A stretch of DNA of 64,000 nucleotides from the NCBI GenBank assembly GCA_965223545.1, contig OZ245006.1:3808001-3872000 (forward strand). The letters are read 5' to 3'. A program made the translations under genes and the position numbers. Positions 9,887 through 18,827 of the stretch are shown here, one piece after another. The notes under the pieces were generated by a model. It did not search any database and had not been told where the DNA came from. It worked only from the letters and a program-made list of their open reading frames with translations. Origin of the DNA: Planctomycetota bacterium (GTDB lineage: Bacteria; Planctomycetota; UBA1135; UBA2386). The stretch's first letter is position 1. Each line of letters starts with the position of its first letter.

Positions 9887-10849
9887 ATGCAGTTTCGTTT
9901 CTTCGTCGCGGTCCTGGCGCTCCTCGCGAGCACAACGCTGCCGAGTGCTTGTGGTCACGAGTCGCCGGCCGAGATCCGGCCGACCGCGCGACCGTTCTTG
10001 TGGCGCATCGAGCGGCAGCCGGCCAGCTATCTGTACGGCACCATCCACGTCCCCGACGAGCGCGTGACGACCCTACCGGCGGCCGTCGAGGAGGCTTTGG
10101 CCGAGAGCGACACGATCGTGACCGAGATCCGGCTCGACAACGCGGCCGCGGTCATGACGAAGATGTTTCTCAGCGACCGGAAGACGCTCGCCGACCTGCT
10201 GCCCGAGGACCTGTACGACCGCTTGCACGCCATGATGGAGGCCAAGGGCGCGCCGGCGGCGATGCGCAACATGCTCGACCGGCAGAAGATCTGGGCGGCG
10301 CTGATGACGGTCGCGCAGCTGGAGATGTTCGAATCGCTGTCCAAGGGCAAGAAGCACCTCGACCAGATGCTGTGGGACTACGCCCGGGCGGAGGACAAGG
10401 GGCAAGACGCGCTCGAGAGCATCGACGAACAGATCGGCGTGTTCGAAGCGTTCACCACCGACGAGCAGATCGAGATGCTCCGCGGCACGCTCGACGTGCT
10501 GGATGCGCTCGAAAAGGAGGGGCGCAACTACATGGACGAGATCATCGCGGTCTACCTGCGCGGCGAGCCCGAAGGACTGCAAGAGGTGATGGAGGCGTTC
10601 TCCGGCGTCACCAAAGACTCCGAGCTCGAGAAGCGCTTCGAGAAGCTGCTGCTCGACGACCGCAACGTCCGGATGGTGGAGCGCATGGTGACCAAGATGA
10701 AGGAGTCTCCCGACACGAGCTTCTTCTTTGCGGTGGGCGCGGCGCACTTCCCCGGCGAGAAGGGCATCTTGAAGCTGCTCGCCGAGCGGGGCCTGCTGGT
10801 CGAGAGGATCGGCGTCTCAGAACCAGTCACTTCCGGCAAGTCGCGATGA
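9887..10849 (+). CDS. TraB/GumN (Tiki-like) family protein, exported
   Basis: FLWRIE..SYLYGTIH, LESIDEQ, LLDDRNVRM, FFAVGAAHFPGEKGILKLL. Confidence 0.92.
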   Translation: MQFRFFVAVLALLASTTLPSACGHESPAEIRPTARPFLWRIERQPASYLYGTIHVPDERVTTLPAAVEEALAESDTIVTEIRLDNAAAVMTKMFLSDRKTLADLLPEDLYDRLHAMMEAKGAPAAMRNMLDRQKIWAALMTVAQLEMFESLSKGKKHLDQMLWDYARAEDKGQDALESIDEQIGVFEAFTTDEQIEMLRGTLDVLDALEKEGRNYMDEIIAVYLRGEPEGLQEVMEAFSGVTKDSELEKRFEKLLLDDRNVRMVERMVTKMKESPDTSFFFAVGAAHFPGEKGILKLLAERGLLVERIGVSEPVTSGKSR

Positions 10850-10950
10850 CGCCATGACAGGGCGCAACCGCCGCCGGCCATCGGCGGCGGCGGCCGGCGC
10901 GCCACCGGCGCGGGTCAAGGGCGTGACGGGGCGCGTCGATATCGCGCCCG

Positions 10951-12159
10951 ATGGAGCGGGAGATCGACAGCCCGCCGGTGCGCCTCGTCGTCGTTCAGTT
11001 CGGCGACTATGCGGACGCGGTCCAACGACGTGGGCGCGGTGAACCCGAGACCTACTACGGGCAGAACTACACCGTGGACTTCGTCGCCGGGCTGACCGCG
11101 CGGTGCCAGTCGGTGGCCGTGGTCACGCTGCACATGGACCAGCCCAGCGTGGCGCAGTCCAACTCGGTCGTGACCGCCGGTGTGCAGCTGTACCCCGCCG
11201 GCCGCAGACCGCGGCACCGCGCTCTGCTGAGCCTGCTCGCCTCGCTCGAGCCATCGCACCTCTTGCTCGAGACCCCGCACACGCCGTCGATCCGGTGGGC
11301 CACCCGCAACGGCGTCCGCACGCTGCCGCTGTTCTTCGACAGCTTCAACCGACGCTCCTGGCGCGCCCGCTGGCGATACGCCCAGCTGGCGCGCGCCCTC
11401 AACCACCCGTCCATCCGCTGGGTCGGCAACCACGGCACGAGTGCCGCCCGGGATCTGGTGCGCATCGGTGTCCACGCGCACAAGGTGCTGCCGATGGACT
11501 GGCCCTCGCTGCTCGATCCCAACGACACGGCGGCATGGGTACCGAGCCCGCCGGAGCAGGCCTTCCGCGTCGCCTACGTCGGCTTGCTGTCCGAGGCCAA
11601 GGGCGTCGGCGACGCGATCCGAGCCATCGCGCGGTTGCGCGACGCGCAGCGCCAGTTCCGGCTCACTCTGATCGGCATCGGCGACGAAGCCGGCATGCGG
11701 CAGCTCGCGGGGCGGCTCGGCGTCGCGGACCGTGTCGACTTCGCCGGTCGCATCGCGCACGACGCGGTGGTCCAGCAAATGGGGCAGCACGACGCGGTCG
11801 TCGTCCCCAGTCGACCGGAGTATCCCGAAGGCCTGCCGATGACGCTCTACGAGGCCTTCTGCGCCAAGGCCCCGCTGGTCGTCTCGGATCACCCGATGTT
11901 CAAGCTCAAGGTCAGAGACGGCGACAACGCGCTCATGGTGCCGGCCGGCAACGACCTGGCGCTGGCCGATGCACTGCGCACGCTCGCCGATGATCCGGAT
12001 CTGTGCCAACGGCTGAGCGCCAACGCCGCGGCACAGGCGCAGGACTTCTTCTTGCCGTTGAAGTGGGACCGCGTGATCTCGCACTGGCTCGACGACCGCG
12101 CCGAAGACCACGCCGCGCTGGCGCGGTTCGCCTTGGCCGAGGCGCCCGCCGGGGCCTGA
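10951..12159 (+). CDS. Glycosyltransferase family 4 (GT-B)
   Basis: YVGLLSEAKGV, VVPSRPEYPEGLPMTLYEA, LVVSD. Confidence 0.9.
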   Translation: MEREIDSPPVRLVVVQFGDYADAVQRRGRGEPETYYGQNYTVDFVAGLTARCQSVAVVTLHMDQPSVAQSNSVVTAGVQLYPAGRRPRHRALLSLLASLEPSHLLLETPHTPSIRWATRNGVRTLPLFFDSFNRRSWRARWRYAQLARALNHPSIRWVGNHGTSAARDLVRIGVHAHKVLPMDWPSLLDPNDTAAWVPSPPEQAFRVAYVGLLSEAKGVGDAIRAIARLRDAQRQFRLTLIGIGDEAGMRQLAGRLGVADRVDFAGRIAHDAVVQQMGQHDAVVVPSRPEYPEGLPMTLYEAFCAKAPLVVSDHPMFKLKVRDGDNALMVPAGNDLALADALRTLADDPDLCQRLSANAAAQAQDFFLPLKWDRVISHWLDDRAEDHAALARFALAEAPAGA

Positions 12160-12231
12160 CGCGACGGAAGCTCCGGCCGCTCCCTCGATCGTCGTCTCGC
12201 GTTCCCCGACCGCGAGGTATGGTGCTGCACC

Positions 12232-13773
12232 GTGACGCCACCGCCCGCTCAATTGGGAATCCGCGCCGCCGCGACCGCCCTGCTGTTGGTCGCCGGCTTG
12301 GGCAACGAGTGGGTGCTGGCGGCGGCCGTCAGCCAAGACGGCACGCTGCACGACGCCACGCGGAGTGCCGTGCGCGCCGCCCAGGCCGTTCTGGCGGCGA
12401 CGGCCGTCGCCGCCTTCGTCTGGCAGCGCCGGCTGGCAGCGGTGGCGGCCGATCCGGTGCTCTCGCTGCGCCTGCTGCTGGTCGCCGGCATCGCCCTGCG
12501 CGTCGTGGTGTTCGTCTACCTCGGTCCCGAGAACAACGATCCCCATCTGCGCTACGTGCACTACATCGTCGAGCACGGCCACCCGCCGCCGTCCGACGCG
12601 TTCGTGCTCGCCTTTCAGCCACCGCTGTACTACGCCCTCGCCGCCCCGCTGGCCGCGATCGGTTCGGACAAGACCGTCCAGCTGCTCTCTCTGCTCTTTG
12701 CGGTCGCTAATCTCGTCGTGCTGTATCGGCTGATCAAGAGCAGCCCGCTGTTGGCGACGCACGGTGCACGCTGGCACGCGATGGCATTGGCGTCTCTTAC
12801 GCCGCAGTTCGTCTTGTTCGGCAACTTCGTCAGCAACGACGCACTCGCCCAGCTGCTGGGGACGGTCGTGTTCGCCGCCACGTTTCGCCTCGTCGAACAG
12901 CCCACGACACGCCGAGCCGCGCAGCTGGGCACCGCGGTGGGCATCGGCCTGCTGACCAAGGGCACGTTCACCTGCTGCATCCCGGCGGTGCTGGCGTTGC
13001 TCCTGGCACTCGCCCTGCGACACCCCCACGCCACGCTATCGGAGCGGCTGCGCCGCTTCGCCGGGTTGGCCACGGTGTTCCTCGCCGTCGCCGTCATCTT
13101 GGGCAGCTACAAGTTCATCGAGAACACGGTCAACTTCGGCACGCCCGTCGTCGACAACAGCGTGCTCGCGCAGGAGTGGGTCGACACGCAGACCGGCACC
13201 TACCAGGGATTCTCGTCGCTGGTGGACGTCGACGTCAGCACCCTCGTCCGACACCCATTGGGGGAGCAGTCGCACCAGTCGATCCCACTGCTCTACTACG
13301 GCACGTTCTGGTTCTCCCACATTCAGGAGTCCAACTTCAACGCGACGCGGCAGCCCGGACTGCTGCTGATCCCCCGCGCGCTCTACCTGCTCGGGATCCT
13401 GCCGACGCTGCTGATGATCGGTGCCGCCCTCGGCATGCTCTGGAACTGGAGGAGACCGTTCGCGATTCTGCGCGCCGACATCGACCGATTCCGCGTCCAC
13501 GCGCACCAGCTCGTCGTGCTGCTGTTCTTGCTGGGCAACCTGGCGGTGGTGACGACGTGGGGTCTGCGCATGGACGCGTGGTCCTTCTTCCAGGCGAGGC
13601 TGTTGTTCGCGATGTTCTTCTCGATCGCGGTCCTGCTGGGGGCGGGCTACCAGATCACCACAGCCCGCAGCCGTGCACTGCGATGGTTGTGCGGCAGCTG
13701 GCTCGGGATCACCTACGCGGCGTTCTTCGCCTACTACGCCGCCGAGCTGGCGCAGCAGATCGCCCGCCGCTGA
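12232..13773 (+). CDS. Membrane glycosyltransferase, ArnT/PMT-like (GT-C)
   Basis: DPHLRYVHY, QPPLYY, VSNDAL, GLLTK, QARLL; many TM helices. Confidence 0.78.
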   Translation: MTPPPAQLGIRAAATALLLVAGLGNEWVLAAAVSQDGTLHDATRSAVRAAQAVLAATAVAAFVWQRRLAAVAADPVLSLRLLLVAGIALRVVVFVYLGPENNDPHLRYVHYIVEHGHPPPSDAFVLAFQPPLYYALAAPLAAIGSDKTVQLLSLLFAVANLVVLYRLIKSSPLLATHGARWHAMALASLTPQFVLFGNFVSNDALAQLLGTVVFAATFRLVEQPTTRRAAQLGTAVGIGLLTKGTFTCCIPAVLALLLALALRHPHATLSERLRRFAGLATVFLAVAVILGSYKFIENTVNFGTPVVDNSVLAQEWVDTQTGTYQGFSSLVDVDVSTLVRHPLGEQSHQSIPLLYYGTFWFSHIQESNFNATRQPGLLLIPRALYLLGILPTLLMIGAALGMLWNWRRPFAILRADIDRFRVHAHQLVVLLFLLGNLAVVTTWGLRMDAWSFFQARLLFAMFFSIAVLLGAGYQITTARSRALRWLCGSWLGITYAAFFAYYAAELAQQIARR

Positions 13774-13809
13774 CCGTGGTACTCCGCCGCGCGCACCCCA
13801 CGCGCGCGA

Positions 13810-16602
13810 TCAACGCCCGGCCAGCGCCTCGACCAGGGAATCGAACTCCGCGGTGGGCGGCCCCTCATCGGCGCGATCCAGCCATTGAGCCAACGTCTTC
13901 ATGCGGTCGGCGTCGACACTCTCCGGCAGCCATGAAGCCGCAGCGGAGGGCTGGAACATCCTGGCAAACGCGAGCACGACCTCGGCCGCCGTCAGCTCCA
14001 CCTCCGCCGGCTCGCCCTCGCGAGGCTCGGGGTTGGTCACCACGACGCTCTGCTGCATGCGCCAGTGCGTGCCGAAGCTGCCACTGATGCGCAGCATCTT
14101 GGGCAGGGTGAGATCGTAGAACCGCACCGCGTGCTCTTCGTCCGTGGTCAAGTCGTCGTACAACTCGGCGATCACCTGGTTTGCCAGCTGGCGGGCCGCT
14201 CCGAGCGCGGCCTGTGCGCCGCGCGTCTGCTGGAACTCGGGGCTGAAACCCGAGACGTCGACGATGGCGACGTGTGCCCGGGCGCGGACGCGGGCCGGCA
14301 GCTGCCGCAGGTAGAACAAGAGCGAGATCAGGCCGCGGTTGTCGACAGCTCCCCCATCGACGACCCAGTAGGTCGTATCCGGTGGAACGTCGATCGGCAG
14401 GTTGGAGAAAACCGGCGGGAAGTTCGCGCTGGCGGCGGCGGCCGCGCTCAGCTCGACCTCGACGCGGCGCACGACCTCGTAGGGGAACTCGGCGAACAAC
14501 GGCGATCGGGCGCCTCGCTCGAGCGAGCTCAGGTTGGTGAACACCAGGCGGCCCCCGGCACGCTCGGCGTTGATCCCGGCCAGTGGGGCGTGCAGCGGAC
14601 CCTCGCCGACGAGCGCCGTGTTGTAGATCACGCCCAGGTCCGCAACCTGCGAGACCGCGAGCGAACGCGGTTGGGCCCCCGCGCCGGCGATCTTCCGGTG
14701 AAACCCCTCGCGCAGCAGCTGTCCCAACCGGTAGCCCGCCGCCAACCGCCATTCGGAGGCGCCACGCAGGACATCGTCGATGTAGCCGTGCAGGACGACG
14801 TCGCGGAATCGGTTCCAGATCGGTGCGTCCGCGGTGGCGGCCAGGAGGTCGGCGCGCCAAGTCGCCAAGAACGCGGAGGGCAGGCCACCACCCGAAACCG
14901 AGCTCAGCACAACCAGCCTGTCCAGACAGTCGCGCTCGCGCAACGCGTGCAACGCCGAGTAGGTGTACAGCGCGGCGCGAGTACCGCCGCCCGATGCCGC
15001 GACGAACAACTGCGGCGGCCCGTCGCGGTCGGCCTCCCACGGGAACTCGCCGGAGACGCTCGGCGCCGCCACCTGCGCGACCGGCTGCAAGTCGAACATC
15101 CGCTTGCGCTCGAACACCTGCGCCCCGGCCTGCCAGACGACGATCGCGAGGAGCGTGGTTCCCAGCGGGCGATAGAAGCCGATCTGGGTGCGCAGCCTCG
15201 GCAGCAGACGCCGTGGTGCGCTCTGGATGTCAGCCGCCGCCGCGAGCCGGCCAAAGACTTGCAGCGGGCTGAAGATGTTGAAGTGCAGCCGCTCCCCTTG
15301 GCCCATGTAGCGAATCACCGCCCAGCGTGATCCGCCGAGCGGAACGATGCGGCACGGCACGCTGTGGCGGTCGCGCTCGGCGTCGTAGACGACGGCGTCC
15401 GGGGCATCCTCGGCCGGGTGCAGCAAACCCAGCAGCGCATCCGACAGCGCTCGACTGGTCCAGTAGTCGTAGAACCAAGCGACACCGTACAACACGAAGA
15501 CACTCTGCGTGACGACGCCGCCAGCGGTCGAATCGAGGATCGTGGTGACGTAGTCCACGCCGAGCAAACGGCACACCGCGAACAGGATGACGAACACCGA
15601 CAGCGCCGCCGCCGCGCCCTCGCACGACAACCTGCGCAGGTAGTCGAGCAGTCCGTCCAACCGCGGGTTGAACACGGTCATCGCGATCAGCAACCACCAG
15701 AGGAAACCCACGCTCACGACCCACAGCAGCAAGCTGCTGGCCGGCGCGACCAGGGCGGCAATCGCCGGCACGGTGGCGACCAGGATCGGCTGGGAGACGA
15801 GCGCGAGGAAGCCGGCGCGCAGCACGTCCGAGGCCTTCTCGCGCGCGGGGATCTGCGGATCGAACAGCTGCACCTGCGCCAGCATCGGCTGGAACGCGGC
15901 GCGATACTCGTCGCGCCGGTCCTCGAACAAGAACCATGCCCACCAGCGGTTGAAGACCAAAGCGACGAAGCCAGTCGCCAGCCCCACCGGAATCAGCCAG
16001 TGTCGGAACGGGCCACCGTCGATCTCGCGGGCGCCGGGCTCGGCGAGCACCCACCAGGCCGCCGCGCCACTCAGCGACAACACCGCGAACCACCAGAGCG
16101 CACCGAGACTGCGGGGCGCAATCCAACACCCGGCCGCGCCCAGCAACACCGCGATCAGCGGAGTCCAAGTCAGATGGACACCCCGGGCATACGTGAAGAT
16201 CGCGACTCCGATCCAGCTCAGCAGGAGGACCCACGACACGCTCTTTGCCCACGGGCGGTGCGCGTGGACGCGGCCGCGGCGGCCGAAGACCGCATTGCCC
16301 AAGACCAACGCGCACCAGCAGGCGACGGTCAGCGCGAACGCGCGCGCGCCGCGCAGCGGAAGCACCATCGGACCGTGCACCAAGCCCGCGAGGATCACGC
16401 CGGACAGCAACAGGAGCGCCGGCGAGTGACCAGCCAACAGCTTGCGCCAACCGGCGGGCTCCTGGTCACTCCACGCGCGGTTCTTGATGTCCAGGTACTT
16501 CCACCGACGGTCGACCCATTGGGCGACGCGCACCAGTCGGCGTGTGACGGGATCGATCAGCGGCTGTAGCCGCGCACCCAAACCTCCGGAGCCGCCAGTC
16601 AT
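13810..16602 (-). CDS. Multi-TM protein with C-terminal patatin-like phospholipase domain
   Basis: AASGGGTRAA (oxyanion loop), SSVSGG (catalytic Ser), SANFPPVF, VDGGAVDN (catalytic Asp); long hydrophobic N-terminal region. Confidence 0.85.
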   Translation of the reverse strand: MTGGSGGLGARLQPLIDPVTRRLVRVAQWVDRRWKYLDIKNRAWSDQEPAGWRKLLAGHSPALLLLSGVILAGLVHGPMVLPLRGARAFALTVACWCALVLGNAVFGRRGRVHAHRPWAKSVSWVLLLSWIGVAIFTYARGVHLTWTPLIAVLLGAAGCWIAPRSLGALWWFAVLSLSGAAAWWVLAEPGAREIDGGPFRHWLIPVGLATGFVALVFNRWWAWFLFEDRRDEYRAAFQPMLAQVQLFDPQIPAREKASDVLRAGFLALVSQPILVATVPAIAALVAPASSLLLWVVSVGFLWWLLIAMTVFNPRLDGLLDYLRRLSCEGAAAALSVFVILFAVCRLLGVDYVTTILDSTAGGVVTQSVFVLYGVAWFYDYWTSRALSDALLGLLHPAEDAPDAVVYDAERDRHSVPCRIVPLGGSRWAVIRYMGQGERLHFNIFSPLQVFGRLAAAADIQSAPRRLLPRLRTQIGFYRPLGTTLLAIVVWQAGAQVFERKRMFDLQPVAQVAAPSVSGEFPWEADRDGPPQLFVAASGGGTRAALYTYSALHALRERDCLDRLVVLSSVSGGGLPSAFLATWRADLLAATADAPIWNRFRDVVLHGYIDDVLRGASEWRLAAGYRLGQLLREGFHRKIAGAGAQPRSLAVSQVADLGVIYNTALVGEGPLHAPLAGINAERAGGRLVFTNLSSLERGARSPLFAEFPYEVVRRVEVELSAAAAASANFPPVFSNLPIDVPPDTTYWVVDGGAVDNRGLISLLFYLRQLPARVRARAHVAIVDVSGFSPEFQQTRGAQAALGAARQLANQVIAELYDDLTTDEEHAVRFYDLTLPKMLRISGSFGTHWRMQQSVVVTNPEPREGEPAEVELTAAEVVLAFARMFQPSAAASWLPESVDADRMKTLAQWLDRADEGPPTAEFDSLVEALAGR

Positions 16603-16636
16603 GGGAACATCCTATGGTGGTCCAGCGGAATCGCGC

Positions 16637-16680
16637 CATGCATGCAATCTGAAGATTCAATCTTCAAATCTGCATGCATG
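16637..16680. promoter_or_regulatory. AT-rich 44-bp near-perfect palindrome (candidate operator or hairpin)
   Basis: CATGCATGCA-ATC-TGAAGATT-C-AATCTTCA-AATC-TGCATGCATG, between the ECF sigma stop and the patatin start. Confidence 0.6.
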
Positions 16681-16702
16681 ATCCCGGGCAAAAGGCGTTC
16701 CG

Positions 16703-17284
16703 TCAGCCGGCGAGCAACCGCGACAGCTTCGCCAGAGCGCGGTGCAGCACGACGCGCACGGCACCCTCGGACTTGCCCAAGTGGTCGCCGATCTCGCCGC
16801 GGCTCAAGCCGACGAAGTAGGCCAACGTGACGACTTCGCGCTGCTCGTCGTTTAGGGCGTCGAACGCGCTCTCGACGCGCGACAGCTCCTCGTTGGCCAT
16901 GGCCACAGCGCTGGGAGAGCCGAACGTGGAGTAGCGCCGCAGCAGCTGCGCATCGTCCGCGGTGGCGGCGACCTCACGACGAACGTCGCGCCGGTCGGTG
17001 CGGTAGTAGCGCGCCCGCTTCTGGATCTTGCGCAGCGCCGCCGTGAACAACCAACGCTTGAACGCGTTCTCACCGGGGTAGCGAAACTCGCCGGCGTGGG
17101 CCAGCACCTCGCGGCACACCGACTGCACCAGATCGGACGAGGACTCCTGCGCGCGCACCACCGGGTCGACCCGCACGCGCACGAAGGCGCGCAGATCCGG
17201 CAGGTAGCGCTGCAAGAGCTCCTCCACCGCGACCCGGTCGCCGCCGGCGGCCGCCGTCACCAGGGCCTCGGTGGGATCACTCAT
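16703..17284 (-). CDS. ECF-type RNA polymerase sigma-70 factor
   Basis: Region 2 (SSDLVQSVC...FKRWL) and region 4 (QREVVTL...EIGDHLGKSEGAVRVVLHRAL). Confidence 0.92.
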   Translation of the reverse strand: MSDPTEALVTAAAGGDRVAVEELLQRYLPDLRAFVRVRVDPVVRAQESSSDLVQSVCREVLAHAGEFRYPGENAFKRWLFTAALRKIQKRARYYRTDRRDVRREVAATADDAQLLRRYSTFGSPSAVAMANEELSRVESAFDALNDEQREVVTLAYFVGLSRGEIGDHLGKSEGAVRVVLHRALAKLSRLLAG

Positions 17285-17291
17285 GCGACCG

Positions 17292-18707
17292 TCAGTGACC
17301 GACGGCGCAGCCGACCATCGCCTCGATCACGGCGCGCTCCTTGGGAATCGCCGCGGTCAGTACCTCGCAGCCGTCGCGCGTGCACAGCACGTCGTCCTCG
17401 ATGCGGATTCCACCGAAGCCGCGCAGCCCGTGCATTCGCAGAAAGGACTCCGCCTTGTCGAAGTCGACCTGATCTCCGAACTGCTCGCGCAACGCGGCGT
17501 CCTGCAGGATGGCGGGGACGAAGTAGACCCCCGGTTCGATCGTCACCACGACGCCGGGCTCGAGATCGATGTCGAGACGCAGGTACTGCAGGCCGAACTG
17601 CTCGCTGCGCGACCGCCCGTGGGCGTAGCCGATCGCATCGCCGAAGGCCTCCATGTCGTGCACGTCGAGGCCGATGAGATGCCCGACGCCGTGCGGGAAG
17701 AACAGGGCGTGCGCGCCGCTCTCGACCAGGGCCGACGGATTGCCGCGCAGCAGTCCGATGTCGACCAGGCCCTCGGCGATCACTCTGCACGCGGTGAGGT
17801 GGATGTCGCGGTAGCGCGCCCCGGGGCGGACCGCGTCGATCGCCGCCAGCTGCGAGCGCAGCACGATGTCGTAGACCTCCCGCCCCTCGGCATCGAAACG
17901 CCCGCTCACCGGCCATGACCGCGTGACGTCAGAGCAGTAGCCGGTGCGGTTCTCGGCACCCGCATCGAGCAGCACGATGTCGCTGTCGCGCAGCAAGTTG
18001 TCGTGGCTCAGGTTGTGCAGCACTTCGCCGCGGACGCTGAGAATCGAGTTGTAGGCCGGCACACAGCCATGCCGTGCAAAGCAGCCATCGACCAGGCCCG
18101 CCAGCTCCTGCTCGTAGGTCCCCGGCCGCGTGCGGGTGATCGCCTGCAGATGCGCTTCGCGCGTGACCACCGCGGTCCGGCGCATCTCGGCGACCTCCTC
18201 CTCGGCCTTGGTCAGCCGCAGCCGCCCGATGGCGCGCACGACCTCGGGGCGCCCCTGAGAATCGGGATCGGCGAAGTCGAGGTCCTGGCCGGTGATGGCG
18301 CTGGCGCGCCGCGTCGCCCTGGGGTCGGCGACCGCGAGCGCGCTGACCGTGCGGTCACCGACTTGCTCGCGGACCCGCTGCTCGAGCTCGTCGTTGGGTT
18401 GCACACGCTGCACTCCGTGCCGTTCGGCCATTTCTTCGAACGACGGTACCGCGCCGTGCCAGAGCGCGTCCTCCGGCGTGCGCCGCGGCAAGAACAAGGT
18501 CGCCGAGGCATCCGCGGGGTCGAACAACAGGGCGCTGTCCGGCTCCGGCGCCTCGCAGAAGAACAGCATGTTGCTGTCCGCCCGGTAGGGGTACGGATTG
18601 TGCGGATAGTTGCGCGGCGCCCAGCCGCCGGCCATCAGCAGGACCGGGTGGTCGATCGCTTCGAGGAACTGCGTGCGGCGGTGCTGGAAGTGGCTGAGGG
18701 ACACCAT
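17292..18707 (-). CDS. pepP: Xaa-Pro aminopeptidase (M24B, aminopeptidase P)
   Basis: LHN, LLDAGAE, YCSDVTRSWPV, FFPHGVGHLIGLDVHD, TIEPGVY, GIRIEDD. It is the C-terminal part of the listed 1559-aa ORF. Confidence 0.9.
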   Translation of the reverse strand: MVSLSHFQHRRTQFLEAIDHPVLLMAGGWAPRNYPHNPYPYRADSNMLFFCEAPEPDSALLFDPADASATLFLPRRTPEDALWHGAVPSFEEMAERHGVQRVQPNDELEQRVREQVGDRTVSALAVADPRATRRASAITGQDLDFADPDSQGRPEVVRAIGRLRLTKAEEEVAEMRRTAVVTREAHLQAITRTRPGTYEQELAGLVDGCFARHGCVPAYNSILSVRGEVLHNLSHDNLLRDSDIVLLDAGAENRTGYCSDVTRSWPVSGRFDAEGREVYDIVLRSQLAAIDAVRPGARYRDIHLTACRVIAEGLVDIGLLRGNPSALVESGAHALFFPHGVGHLIGLDVHDMEAFGDAIGYAHGRSRSEQFGLQYLRLDIDLEPGVVVTIEPGVYFVPAILQDAALREQFGDQVDFDKAESFLRMHGLRGFGGIRIEDDVLCTRDGCEVLTAAIPKERAVIEAMVGCAVGH

Positions 18708-18827
18708 GGCCGGCACAATATCGACCGACTGGGGGTCCTGCCGAGGAATCGAGCCCTGTCCGGGAGTCCCAGCGCCGGCCGGACGTCCGCTCGCCGTCGC
18801 CTCGTCTCCGAAACAAGGAAAGCCCTC

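Noticed and set aside
10915..13029. 704-aa minus-strand ORF and similar long antisense ORFs
   Set aside because: Shadows of motif-bearing genes on the opposite strand.
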